Virus record (IMG/VR): IMGVR_UViG_3300005614_001084
Coordinates: 1-64,000 of that record
Length of the DNA stretch: 64,000 bases
Source: a virus
Lineage: Duplodnaviria; Caudoviricetes
Strand: one strand, 5' to 3'
A program made the position numbers and the translations under genes. Under the pieces are notes generated by a model. It worked only from the letters and a program-made list of their open reading frames with translations. It had not been told where the DNA came from and did not search any database. The first letter of the stretch is position 1. Every line of letters begins with the position of its first letter. Positions 55,952-64,000 of the stretch are shown here, piece after piece.

Positions 55952-58900
55952 CCGAGTACTCCACAGCTCGCGCCGAGTTGGAAGAGGTACTTCAAGATCG
56001 GAGCGCGCTTCTCCTTACGAGTATCGAGTCGCGCCGAGATGTTGGCGTCGCGGCTCGTGTCGGTATCATCGCTGGTCTCGTCCGGATCGCTGGTGCTGAG
56101 GCCCAGAATCGTCTGAGGACGGCTACCGTCCGTAGACGAGACAAGCTGACGAAGATCATCGTAGTCGCCGAAGGCGCGGCTGTGGAACCCCTCGGACCCT
56201 CGCACTACATCGCCGTGGTCGTTGATCTCCAGATTCGCCGTACCGAAAAGGTCCACCATCGAGGCAATCGGTCGCCAGGTGTAGGACCGGATGAACTGGT
56301 GAACGTCGAAGTTCCGCGTCTTCACCTGACTGTACGCTCGGACGATCTCTTCCACCGCCTCGTCGATGGCGCTTCGTGCATCGACATGGGCGATGAGCCC
56401 GTCCGACGGCTCCGGCGTCACGGTTCCCGGCGGACCCGGCATCTCTCCGCCCGGCAGCTCGGGCGCAGCGGTGTCGCCGGGCTGTGGCGCCTGCTCGGAG
56501 GAACCGATGGCCTGCGCCACGACACTGGCGAAGCTGTTGATGAACGCGATGCTGGCCGCGCGCTGCGCGCCCTCGGCATCGGTCTCTCCGGCCGAAGCCA
56601 CCGCCGCAGTGCTGTCGAACTGAGACGGATCGACTCCCGGCTCCAACACGAAGAGAGGATCCGTGATGGCTCCGGTACCGAAGTAGTACGAATACAGACC
56701 ACCGATCTGATTCGTGCGGTAGTGCTCGCCATACCACGGCGGGAAGCAAAGATCCTCGGGAGGAAGCGAGACATCTTCGGCTCGGTACGCTCCGATCTGC
56801 TCCACGATGCGGTAGGCTCGGAACTCCACCAAGATCTCTCGGTCAGCTTCGTTGAAGCTGCCGGCAGAGCCTACAAGAGACACCACTTCGGGGCCGTAGT
56901 CGGACGCCGCCTGCTCGATTCCGACGGGGACGCGAGTGCCACGTCGCTGCCGTCCGGTGAAAGTACGATCCTGCACGAACAAGGGCAGCAGACTGCTGCT
57001 CTGGAAGCGTGTACGAGAGCCGCTGTGGTCCGTAGGCTGTCGTGTGCCCCGACGCTCGTACTGATCGGTGACGTCCGTGACTTCTTGAATCTCACCACCG
57101 TAGTAGCCGAGACTGCCGGTGGTCGGCGCTTCGAGAGCGGCCACGATGGTCGTACGCTGCACGTTACGCCGCAGCGTCGCTCGCGTGGAACGTCCGGTGT
57201 TGTCGCCGAGGAACTCCGTGCGCTCGTTCGTCGTGCGCGCGTAGCTCATCTGCACCTGCGTCTGTCCGCCGCTGTTGGCGTCGATGCTGTGCGAGATCAT
57301 CTCGGGCGTACCGAGGTAGTGTGTGTTCGGTCGCGCCGTGATCAGATCTGCCTGAACTTCGGCCACGCGCGCGGCGTTGGCTTCGGCGATACGACTACGC
57401 TCCTCGCTCGGAGGACCGATCTCACCCTCGCCCTCTCGAACCGCGTCCGCGATACGAGCAGCCAGCGCGGGATCGTAGGTGCCGTCCCGCAATAGATCTT
57501 GTGGCAGGTACTTGTCGACGACGAGCGTCGGAAAACCGAGCACAGCGTAGGGATTGAACTTTCCCTGGAGCATCAGCTCGCGACTGCGGAACCGATACTG
57601 GAAGAAGATGTGGTTGCAAGCGAGCTGTGCGTATCCGACCCGAACGGGGCCATTCGCGCTGCTGATCTCTACGCTGCCACCGCGGATGGCGTGCAGGTTG
57701 AGGTCGCTCATGCGCTCGAACGCCGGGATGATCCCGGTGAACAGCTCGTGCTCCATCATGTCGCGGACCACCCACGCCGGAGCGTCGCTGAGATCCGGAG
57801 GGTCAGCCCCGATACGACCACGGCCGATCGGACGACCGTTGCGCTGACCCAAGATGCGAGACGGCGCCATGTAGAAGCCGTCGAACAGGATGTCGGAACC
57901 GAAGAAGGCGCTGTGCGTGCGCAGCAACAGTCGCGTCACCTCCTGCTGGTAGTTCCGGCCGTACGTGAACTGCGAGTACAGCTCGGGGAAGAAGACGTTG
58001 CAGCGCGGGGGCGCCACCATCCAGACGTCGGGCCGGTAGAGCTGTGTGAGCAAGCGGGCCGGCGGGTCGGGCTGCGCGGTGGTGCGCTGGATACGACGGT
58101 TGTGCCGCGACTCCAGGACCTGCTGCATGAGCTGGCTGATCTGATCGCAGTTGTTCTCGATGAGGTTGGCGTCGCTGGTACCAGAGATGGGCAGGGTCGA
58201 GCGAGATCCGCTCTGTGTCGCCACGATGATCTGATTGAAATCGCTACCCGCCACGGCGAATGCTCGGCTGACCTCGGGGATCCCGAAGAAATCACCGGTG
58301 CGGGTATACAGCCCGCCCTGGAGCCCGACATGCCGAGCCTGTGACCCTGCGGTGTCGCACGTCCTCGCGAGCTGCCGTAGCTCGGCCAGGAGACCACCAC
58401 GACGGTCGCTCTGCTGCCGAGCCGCCGTAGCGCTGGTCGACGACTGTTGGCGCTGTTTCAGCTCATCTGCTCGTTGCTTGATCGCCCGCGCAGCTCTGGC
58501 GATGGGGCGCGTCTCCTCGTCGTCCTCGATCCCCATGGTCTCGAACCGGGGCAGAGCCGGGTCTTCGAGGGCCGGAATGAAGCGAGGCGCGTTGATCGGG
58601 ATGATCTCGTGGAAGATGAAGCGCTGGAGCGCCATCATCACGGCACGCACGCTTACCTGACGACCGAGCCCCGCGAGGCTGCGGCGGAACAGCGAACCAA
58701 AGCCACGAGCGCGCAGCAGTTGCAGCTCGTCTCGCTCGGGGAACGGATTCGCCCCGACCATCTGCGTGATGTGCAGGCGCATCTCGGCGAGGCTGAAGAA
58801 GTCGTTGACGCCACGAACAGCACGCCGCCCGAAGTAGATGCCGCCGAGCGCCTCCATGAGATGCATCAGGCCGCCGAGCAACGTGCCTCGCATGCTCGGG

Positions 58901-59511
58901 TAGTTACGGGGCGGCTGGTTGAGTAGATCGGTGACGATGTCGGCACTGCCACGCAAGAAGTCGTTGAACACCGTGGCGCTGGTACCGGTGAACGCGCCAC
59001 GAATACCCTGGCCGCCCAGGCTCATGCCGCTGACCTGGTACTGAAGCGCGACGTCCCAGTAACTCGACCAGTCCATGCACTGAAGCACGATCGAACGTGA
59101 CTGCGGCTGCTTCGAAAAGCTGAAGCCCACAACCTCGCCGCCGAAGATCAGCTTGTAGTTCTCGTTCTCCAGATCGGTGATGTCCTGCTCGGTCGTCGAC
59201 TCGAAACGCTCGGGAGGAAAGAGACCCGCCAGCTCGGGATCGACGCCGTCGTCTCGGTCCACGACTCGGATCCCGGGCCCACCGACGCTGACCTGTGCGT
59301 CCGGCGGCACGCCATTGTAGAGGTCGTACATGAACAGGTGCACGAGCGTGCGCGGTTTGAAGTCGAGTGCGTAGTCGTTCGCCGGCACCTGGATCGAACA
59401 GGCCACCGCCGCGTTCTTCGCCGACTGGATGTTGGCGGAGACCACCGGCACCTCGACGCCTTCGAGGAAGAGCCGGAGACGAAGTCGCTGTCCTACAGTG
59501 GCCACGGCCAT
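55948..59511 (-). CDS. Putative baseplate hub / tail-associated protein
   Basis: About 1,190 aa; N-terminal RLFLEGVEVPV..CSIQVP..LVHLF and IFGGEVVG..LQCMD resemble gp27/hub folds. Confidence 0.55.
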   Translation of the reverse strand: MAVATVGQRLRLRLFLEGVEVPVVSANIQSAKNAAVACSIQVPANDYALDFKPRTLVHLFMYDLYNGVPPDAQVSVGGPGIRVVDRDDGVDPELAGLFPPERFESTTEQDITDLENENYKLIFGGEVVGFSFSKQPQSRSIVLQCMDWSSYWDVALQYQVSGMSLGGQGIRGAFTGTSATVFNDFLRGSADIVTDLLNQPPRNYPSMRGTLLGGLMHLMEALGGIYFGRRAVRGVNDFFSLAEMRLHITQMVGANPFPERDELQLLRARGFGSLFRRSLAGLGRQVSVRAVMMALQRFIFHEIIPINAPRFIPALEDPALPRFETMGIEDDEETRPIARAARAIKQRADELKQRQQSSTSATAARQQSDRRGGLLAELRQLARTCDTAGSQARHVGLQGGLYTRTGDFFGIPEVSRAFAVAGSDFNQIIVATQSGSRSTLPISGTSDANLIENNCDQISQLMQQVLESRHNRRIQRTTAQPDPPARLLTQLYRPDVWMVAPPRCNVFFPELYSQFTYGRNYQQEVTRLLLRTHSAFFGSDILFDGFYMAPSRILGQRNGRPIGRGRIGADPPDLSDAPAWVVRDMMEHELFTGIIPAFERMSDLNLHAIRGGSVEISSANGPVRVGYAQLACNHIFFQYRFRSRELMLQGKFNPYAVLGFPTLVVDKYLPQDLLRDGTYDPALAARIADAVREGEGEIGPPSEERSRIAEANAARVAEVQADLITARPNTHYLGTPEMISHSIDANSGGQTQVQMSYARTTNERTEFLGDNTGRSTRATLRRNVQRTTIVAALEAPTTGSLGYYGGEIQEVTDVTDQYERRGTRQPTDHSGSRTRFQSSSLLPLFVQDRTFTGRQRRGTRVPVGIEQAASDYGPEVVSLVGSAGSFNEADREILVEFRAYRIVEQIGAYRAEDVSLPPEDLCFPPWYGEHYRTNQIGGLYSYYFGTGAITDPLFVLEPGVDPSQFDSTAAVASAGETDAEGAQRAASIAFINSFASVVAQAIGSSEQAPQPGDTAAPELPGGEMPGPPGTVTPEPSDGLIAHVDARSAIDEAVEEIVRAYSQVKTRNFDVHQFIRSYTWRPIASMVDLFGTANLEINDHGDVVRGSEGFHSRAFGDYDDLRQLVSSTDGSRPQTILGLSTSDPDETSDDTDTSRDANISARLDTRKEKRAPILKYLFQLGASCGVLG

Positions 59512-59541
59512 ACCGTACCGCAAAGCAGGCGCTGAGTGTAC

Positions 59542-59551
59542 CTATCAGCAT
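59542..59551 (+). promoter_or_regulatory. CTATCAGCAT phage promoter motif
   Basis: Upstream of SD AGGAG and ATG 59579; likely drives 59579-61376. Confidence 0.65.
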
Positions 59552-59578
59552 GTGAGGCGATCTAGCCCAGGAGAGAAC

Positions 59579-60115
59579 ATGAAGAGCGCACAGCAGAAGA
59601 CCAACGAGTGGCGGGAGTACGAGGAGAAGCAGAGCAAGAACGCGATCGAACCCAACACGCCGCTGCCCACGCTGGCCGTGGGCACGGTGGTTCGTGCGAA
59701 GCGTCAGGTGGACCCCGACGTATGCAACATCGAGCCGAACACCCTCGGCTTCGTGTTCGGGGAGACGAACTGCTACGGCGACCTCGCCGGACCGATCATA
59801 CAGTGGATCACCGCCAGCGGCGGCCTTCCCTCCGGAAAGCTCACAGAGGTTCGTTCGGATGCTCCGCTGCTGTCGGCCCAGAAGGTCTGCAACGTCTATC
59901 CCGGCGACATCGACGTCATCCGCACGCACGACACCGTTTTCGTCGGCCACGTGGACGCGCATCCCCCGGACGACACTCTCGGTGCGCTCAAGCGCCTGCT
60001 CCACTACTCCTGGGAACCGATCGACTACCAGTACATCGGCCTCACGCAGCGGGAAAAGCAGGCTATCTCCGAGCCGAACTTCAACGCCTTGGTCGAGTGG
60101 ATCAAGGAGGGATGA
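59579..60115 (+). CDS. Hypothetical protein
   Basis: SD AGGAG then ATG 59579. Confidence 0.65.
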   Translation: MKSAQQKTNEWREYEEKQSKNAIEPNTPLPTLAVGTVVRAKRQVDPDVCNIEPNTLGFVFGETNCYGDLAGPIIQWITASGGLPSGKLTEVRSDAPLLSAQKVCNVYPGDIDVIRTHDTVFVGHVDAHPPDDTLGALKRLLHYSWEPIDYQYIGLTQREKQAISEPNFNALVEWIKEG

Positions 60116-60162
60116 AAAACAAAACCACAGATCTCGTATGAGCACCTGAAGGAGAGATTCCC

Positions 60163-60903
60163 ATGGCGAAGAAGCGACTGAACCAGATCCTGGCGATCGA
60201 ACGCGACGTGAAGAAGTCGGCGTACGGCAACCTGTCCAAGGATCACCACCTCATGCAGAAGGGCGCGCTCGTCACCGGCGAGACCGCGACCTACACGCCC
60301 AAGGACGAGACCGGCCGGCAGTTCCCGCCCGAGAATCGCCTGATCCAGCTCAAGGTCGAAGACGAGCTGCTGACCACCGCGGCGAAGATGATCCCGCTGT
60401 TCGACCTCACCGCGACGAAGGACGTCGGCAACACCAAGACCACGGCCGAAGTCGTGCTGCCGAACGGCGTCAGCCTCGGGCAGCTTCCTCCGACCACCCT
60501 GCTGTTCCTGGAGAAGCAGCTTCAGGACCTGCACACCTTCTTCGCCAAGCTGCCGGTGCTCGACCCCGACCAGGCCTGGACGTTCGACTCGACTCGCGGC
60601 TACTACGTGACGGAGCCGATCACGCAGATCAAGACCGAGAAGTCGCAGGAGCCGCTCGTCCTCTCGCAGGCGACGAAGGAGCACCCGGCACAAACGCAGC
60701 TCGTGGTCCGCGACGTCGTGGTCGGCGAGTGGAAGAAGACCAAGCTCTCCGCCGCGATCACGGAGGATCGTCGCCGAACGCTCGTCGCCAGGGTGGAGAC
60801 GCTCCAGCGCGCGGTGAAGCAGGCGCGCGAGACCGCCAACCTGGTCGAGGTCGACGAGGTCGGCATCGGCCAGCAGCTCTTCGACTTCCTGCTCGCGCGC
60901 TGA
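60163..60903 (+). CDS. Uncharacterised 246-aa protein directly upstream of the tRNA-mimic ncRNA
   Basis: SD AAGGAG; strong codon bias; LNQILAIE, TYTPKDE, LLFLEKQL, LPVLDP, ATKEHPAQ, AVKQARETAN. From memory (unverified) it resembles an uncharacterised family in bacteria and phages. Confidence 0.85.
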   Translation: MAKKRLNQILAIERDVKKSAYGNLSKDHHLMQKGALVTGETATYTPKDETGRQFPPENRLIQLKVEDELLTTAAKMIPLFDLTATKDVGNTKTTAEVVLPNGVSLGQLPPTTLLFLEKQLQDLHTFFAKLPVLDPDQAWTFDSTRGYYVTEPITQIKTEKSQEPLVLSQATKEHPAQTQLVVRDVVVGEWKKTKLSAAITEDRRRTLVARVETLQRAVKQARETANLVEVDEVGIGQQLFDFLLAR

Positions 60904-61376
60904 CGCGGTCCGCGTCATGCTGCGTGCTCCTGGCTCTGAGTGGGTCGCTGATCCGGAAACGCCCCCCTAGTACGGATCGGCGGCCCTCTCGGGGCCAGGA
61001 GCCCCACGGACCATCAATCTCAATCTCAACCTCACGAGGATGACCCCACAGTGCTGGTTCGAATCCAGCTCCCCCGATCTACCGGGGGATAGCCCAACGG
61101 CAGAGGCAAGGTCTTCAACTCCTCGACGTCAACCTGAAAACTCAGATCTCCAATGGACAATCTGAGACGCTAGGCAAAACTCGCAATCCGATTGAGCGAT
61201 CACCCACCAGAAGTCTCGGTTCAAATCCGAGTCCCCCAGTTGTAGCCGATCAACTATTGGGGGATGGTCTAACGGTAAGACGCTGGTACTCAGATCTAAG
61301 ACGCTCAGTGTTGCCGTGCGATGAGCTAGTGGCGGAAGACAGATGGGGCCGGGGTAGGCTACACCCCGGTCCTGTC
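60901..61376 (+). ncRNA. Structured ncRNA with two circularly permuted tRNA-like (YrlA-type) modules
   Basis: No credible ORF. 30-bp hairpin 60926-61002; T-arms GCTGG-TTCGAAT-CCAGC (61053-69) and CTCGG-TTCAAAT-CCGAG (61215-31), each followed by a closed 7-bp acceptor-like stem and a GG-containing D-arm; 3' hairpin 61346-61372. Exact ends unknown. Confidence 0.75.
61346..61372 (+). terminator. 3' hairpin / probable terminator of the ncRNA
   Basis: GGGCCGGGGT-AGGCTAC-ACCCCGGTCC, just before the convergent gene's stop at 61390. Confidence 0.55.
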
Positions 61377-61389
61377 GCTATTCGTTTGC

Positions 61390-62607
61390 TCAGAGCTGAC
61401 CGATCACGTCGAAGAGCGGAGCCGCCTGTCGGATCCCGAAGGCGCCCATCGTCTGGTACGCGGCGAAGGCGCCACGCCCCAGCAGCAGATAGGAGTTCGA
61501 GCGGCTCGTTGCATCGATCCCGTTCTGCGCCAAGAACTGCTGCGCCTTCTTTTCGAGCTGCTCGGGTGTCCGAAGGTTCAGCTCCTCGTTGACGCGTTGG
61601 ATCTCGTTCTGATCGAACTGCGCCTCTGTCGGGCCGTGCGTCACGTACTCGTCCGTCATCGTGTAGATGGGCTGGTTCACCGGAGGACGAGAGAAGCTCG
61701 CCTGATTGGTGATCGGAGCCACGGTGATGGTCTGCCCGAGCCCGCTCGGCACCACGATGCGGCGGCCGTAGAACGTGTTCTTGATCACCTCCAGCGTGTT
61801 CTGGATGCTGAAGTCTGCGGTCTGGAGGAACTGCTGCGCCGACGCGAGGAAGCCGGTGAGCCCGCCGCTCGCCCCCTGTCGCGCCGCCGCAGTCGAAACC
61901 AACTGACCGCCCTGCGTGGTGTCCGGCGGCACGCCACCGCTGTCCAGCCCCTGACCGCCGAAGTCCGTGGGCACGCCCTGGCTCGCCTGCTGCGCCGCCG
62001 CTGCCTCCTGCTGGAAGAACACCGATCCGACCGTGGAGAGGATCGCGTAGTTGCAGACGAACATCTGGAACTGGAAGGGCAGATGCAGCGGGTTCATCGA
62101 GTCCTGCTGCGTACCGGCGCTGACGATGTAGCCCTCGACCACGATGTCGTCGAAGTAAAGATACAGGCGCGCGTTCTGCTCCACGAGCTTGGTGCCGCGC
62201 AGATACTGATCGTAGTTCGCCCAGAACTCCGACTTCCAGTTGAAGTCCTTCGAGTTGATCAGGATGCCGCTGACGTTGAGGAAGCGCGGACGCTCACCGA
62301 AGAAGAAGATGTAGTCCTCGCCGAAGGTCTCGACGATCTGCTGCTTCTCGACGCGCTGCTCCACGATCTGTTGGATGATGAAGTTCGCGTAGTGCGAGCT
62401 GCGTCCGATGCCGTTCTCTTGCGTCGGACTGCTGGAGTCGAAGAGCGGGATCTCCTCGCCTGTAGCGGTGATGGCGCGGAGGATGCCGTACGTGTCTTCC
62501 TTGATCTCCAGACCACGAAGTGGACGACGCACGTTGTCGTAGGGCTGACGCTGCGCGGTATCCAGCTCACCGAACGCGTCGGTCTGGACCGAAATGAAGA
62601 CTGCGAT
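61390..62607 (-). CDS. Putative tail/baseplate protein
   Basis: EKQQIVETFGEDYIFFFGERP..LRGTKLV; frame is open to 62607 (ATC), first canonical start is GTG 62532. Confidence 0.6.
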   Translation of the reverse strand: MAVFISVQTDAFGELDTAQRQPYDNVRRPLRGLEIKEDTYGILRAITATGEEIPLFDSSSPTQENGIGRSSHYANFIIQQIVEQRVEKQQIVETFGEDYIFFFGERPRFLNVSGILINSKDFNWKSEFWANYDQYLRGTKLVEQNARLYLYFDDIVVEGYIVSAGTQQDSMNPLHLPFQFQMFVCNYAILSTVGSVFFQQEAAAAQQASQGVPTDFGGQGLDSGGVPPDTTQGGQLVSTAAARQGASGGLTGFLASAQQFLQTADFSIQNTLEVIKNTFYGRRIVVPSGLGQTITVAPITNQASFSRPPVNQPIYTMTDEYVTHGPTEAQFDQNEIQRVNEELNLRTPEQLEKKAQQFLAQNGIDATSRSNSYLLLGRGAFAAYQTMGAFGIRQAAPLFDVIGQL

Positions 62608-62631
62608 CGTACACCAGACCCCTTTCTGCGC

Positions 62632-62641
62632 CTATCAGCAG
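62632..62641 (+). promoter_or_regulatory. CTATCAGCAG phage promoter motif
   Basis: Followed by AGGAAGGA and ATG 62655. Confidence 0.7.
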
Positions 62642-62654
62642 TAGGAAGGACACC

Positions 62655-63146
62655 ATGAAAAGAGACGTCCGTCAACGCTTCTGGGAGAAGGTAAAGATCG
62701 TCGATGACGATACCTCCTGCTGGGAGTGGCAGGGCGGGATTGTCGACGGGTACGGCAAGTTCAACGACGGGACCAAGAACGGCGATCGTTCCCATCGCGT
62801 CGCGTATAAGCTGGAGAACGGACCTATCCCTGACGGGATGGAGGTCATGCACTCCTGCGACAATCGAAAGTGTTGCCGACCCGATCACCTGTCGGTCGGA
62901 ACGAAGCAACAAAACATGGCCGACATGATCTCGAAGGGACGACAAGCCCGAGGCGAGAAGAAGTGGACAGCCAAGATGACGGCCGAGAAAGTGCTCAAGC
63001 TGCGCGAGCGGCATGACGCTGGCGAGACACTCGCCTCTCTGGCTCCGGAGTTCGGTATCAGTGAGAAGACCGCATCGATGATCGCATGCGGTGACATCTG
63101 GAAACACGTCGGCGGTCCTCGCCGCGAGAAAAGGAAGTTCGGCTAA
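62655..63146 (+). CDS. HNH endonuclease with C-terminal HTH
   Basis: CWEWQG..GYG..SHRVAY..VMHSCDNRKCCRPDHL..N. Confidence 0.9.
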   Translation: MKRDVRQRFWEKVKIVDDDTSCWEWQGGIVDGYGKFNDGTKNGDRSHRVAYKLENGPIPDGMEVMHSCDNRKCCRPDHLSVGTKQQNMADMISKGRQARGEKKWTAKMTAEKVLKLRERHDAGETLASLAPEFGISEKTASMIACGDIWKHVGGPRREKRKFG

Positions 63147-63493
63147 TGCTCGTCACGTCCACCGCGATTTCACCCCGGATCAACAGTCTGCTTCACAAGG
63201 CAGGCCTCGACCTCTACACCGCCGTCCGGAAGTCGGACGAAGATCTTCTGAAGCTGAAGGGCATCGGAGAGACGGCGCTTCGCGAGATCCGCAAAGCTTC
63301 GGTCCACGTCTACTACAGCGAGCTGCTGACGACCGAACATGTGCGCGGCTGCACGCTCGTCATCCGACCGGAGTCGCCGCCGACCGACTCCATGCACCTG
63401 CTCGCGCTCCTCGCCTCCGCCAACGGATTCGCCCTGGCAACTCGGGGAGGCAGCGGGCAGATCGGAGTTCTGCGGCGCATCACCACGATGTAG
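63146..63493 (+). CDS. Protein with an RNA polymerase alpha-CTD-like (HhH) N-terminal domain
   Basis: ISPRINSLLHKAGL..RKSDEDLLKLKGIGETALREIRK matches the alpha-CTD pattern LSxRxxNxLxxAGI..xSExDLLKxxxxGxxSLxEI. Confidence 0.6.
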   Translation: MLVTSTAISPRINSLLHKAGLDLYTAVRKSDEDLLKLKGIGETALREIRKASVHVYYSELLTTEHVRGCTLVIRPESPPTDSMHLLALLASANGFALATRGGSGQIGVLRRITTM

Positions 63494-63503
63494 AAGGAGA
63501 ACC

Positions 63504-63824
63504 ATGCAACCGAAGATGATGCCAGGGCAGACGCCCTACACCACGGACGAGCTGAAGAAGCTCTACCGAGCCGTCGATGACGCCGCGGAAGCTGGAGTCA
63601 CGGAACAGGACGAAGTCGAAGGACTCCTCCATCCGATCTGCACGTACTGCGGGCGCGTCGTGCGGACGTACCCTGGAGAAGAGATTCTCTCCTGCTGGCC
63701 GATCTTTCTACCGCCGTCGAAGTCGCCCACCCAGCGCATCACCGACCCGTTCTTCAAGCACCGCTCCTACACGGCGACCTGCCTGGTGATCAGCGGATAC
63801 GGCCATGCCACCGGCCGACGCTGA
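63504..63824 (+). CDS. Hypothetical protein (CxxC)
   Basis: SD AAGGAG then ATG 63504. Confidence 0.6.
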   Translation: MQPKMMPGQTPYTTDELKKLYRAVDDAAEAGVTEQDEVEGLLHPICTYCGRVVRTYPGEEILSCWPIFLPPSKSPTQRITDPFFKHRSYTATCLVISGYGHATGRR

Positions 63825-64000
63825 GCTTCCGGCTAACCACGGAAAACCGTGGAGCGAGGAAGACGAGAAGAAGCTGTCGTGGGACTGGGGAACGATCCCA
63901 CTGACGCAACTCGCCGCGCGCTTCAAGCGCAGTGGGTATGCGGTGTTTCGCAAAGCGATCGACATGGGCCTGGGTCGCGCCAAGCGCGGCACCATGTCGG
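63805..64000 (+). CDS. Partial HTH/Myb-like protein
   Basis: NHGKPWSEEDEKKL..LAARFKRSGYAV; runs off the right edge. Confidence 0.55.
   Translation, partial: MPPADAELPANHGKPWSEEDEKKLSWDWGTIPLTQLAARFKRSGYAVFRKAIDMGLGRAKRGTMS

Noticed and set aside
61084-61238. tmRNA
   Set aside because: Too short, has a paired D-stem, lacks the G3.U70 alanine determinant, and shows no tag ORF
61053-61287. Canonical tRNA genes
   Set aside because: Arms are in T, acceptor, D order; there is no anticodon loop at the right spacing and no encoded free CCA end
1-64000. Alternative genetic code, and a specific host assignment
   Set aside because: Genes translate intact in code 11 and use TGA/TAG/TAA as stops. High GC, leaderless starts and spanin-like genes are not enough to name a host.

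Overview
A 64-kb segment of a large, high-GC tailed dsDNA phage, probably myovirus-like (baseplate J- and gp25-like genes). No CRISPR array or canonical tRNA/rRNA was found. From left to right: (1) a >1,500-aa fused beta-beta' multisubunit RNA polymerase on the minus strand that runs off the left edge and is missing from the ORF track; (2) a MoxR-type AAA+/VWA-metallopeptidase operon; (3) portal-like and head-associated genes; (4) a plus-strand replication/recombination cluster (SF2 helicase, UDG-like, DnaB, primase, PolA, RecA, Cas4-like, Hjc-like, RusA-like); (5) lysis, tail-fibre and baseplate genes; (6) a sigma-70-family factor next to an acyl carrier protein; (7) HNH and alpha-CTD-like genes. 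Two promoter classes can be read from the sequence: CTAT(C/A)AGC followed by a Shine-Dalgarno before non-structural genes, and leaderless TAnnnT-N5-7-start before mostly structural genes and the RNAP. The most striking unexplained element is a ~470-nt structured non-coding RNA (60901-61376). It holds two tandem circularly permuted tRNA-like modules (T-arm, closed acceptor stem, D-arm, i.e. Y-RNA/YrlA topology) directly after a 246-aa uncharacterised protein, with no Ro60/TROVE gene in the window. All calls come from reading motifs by eye; no database search or folding program was run.
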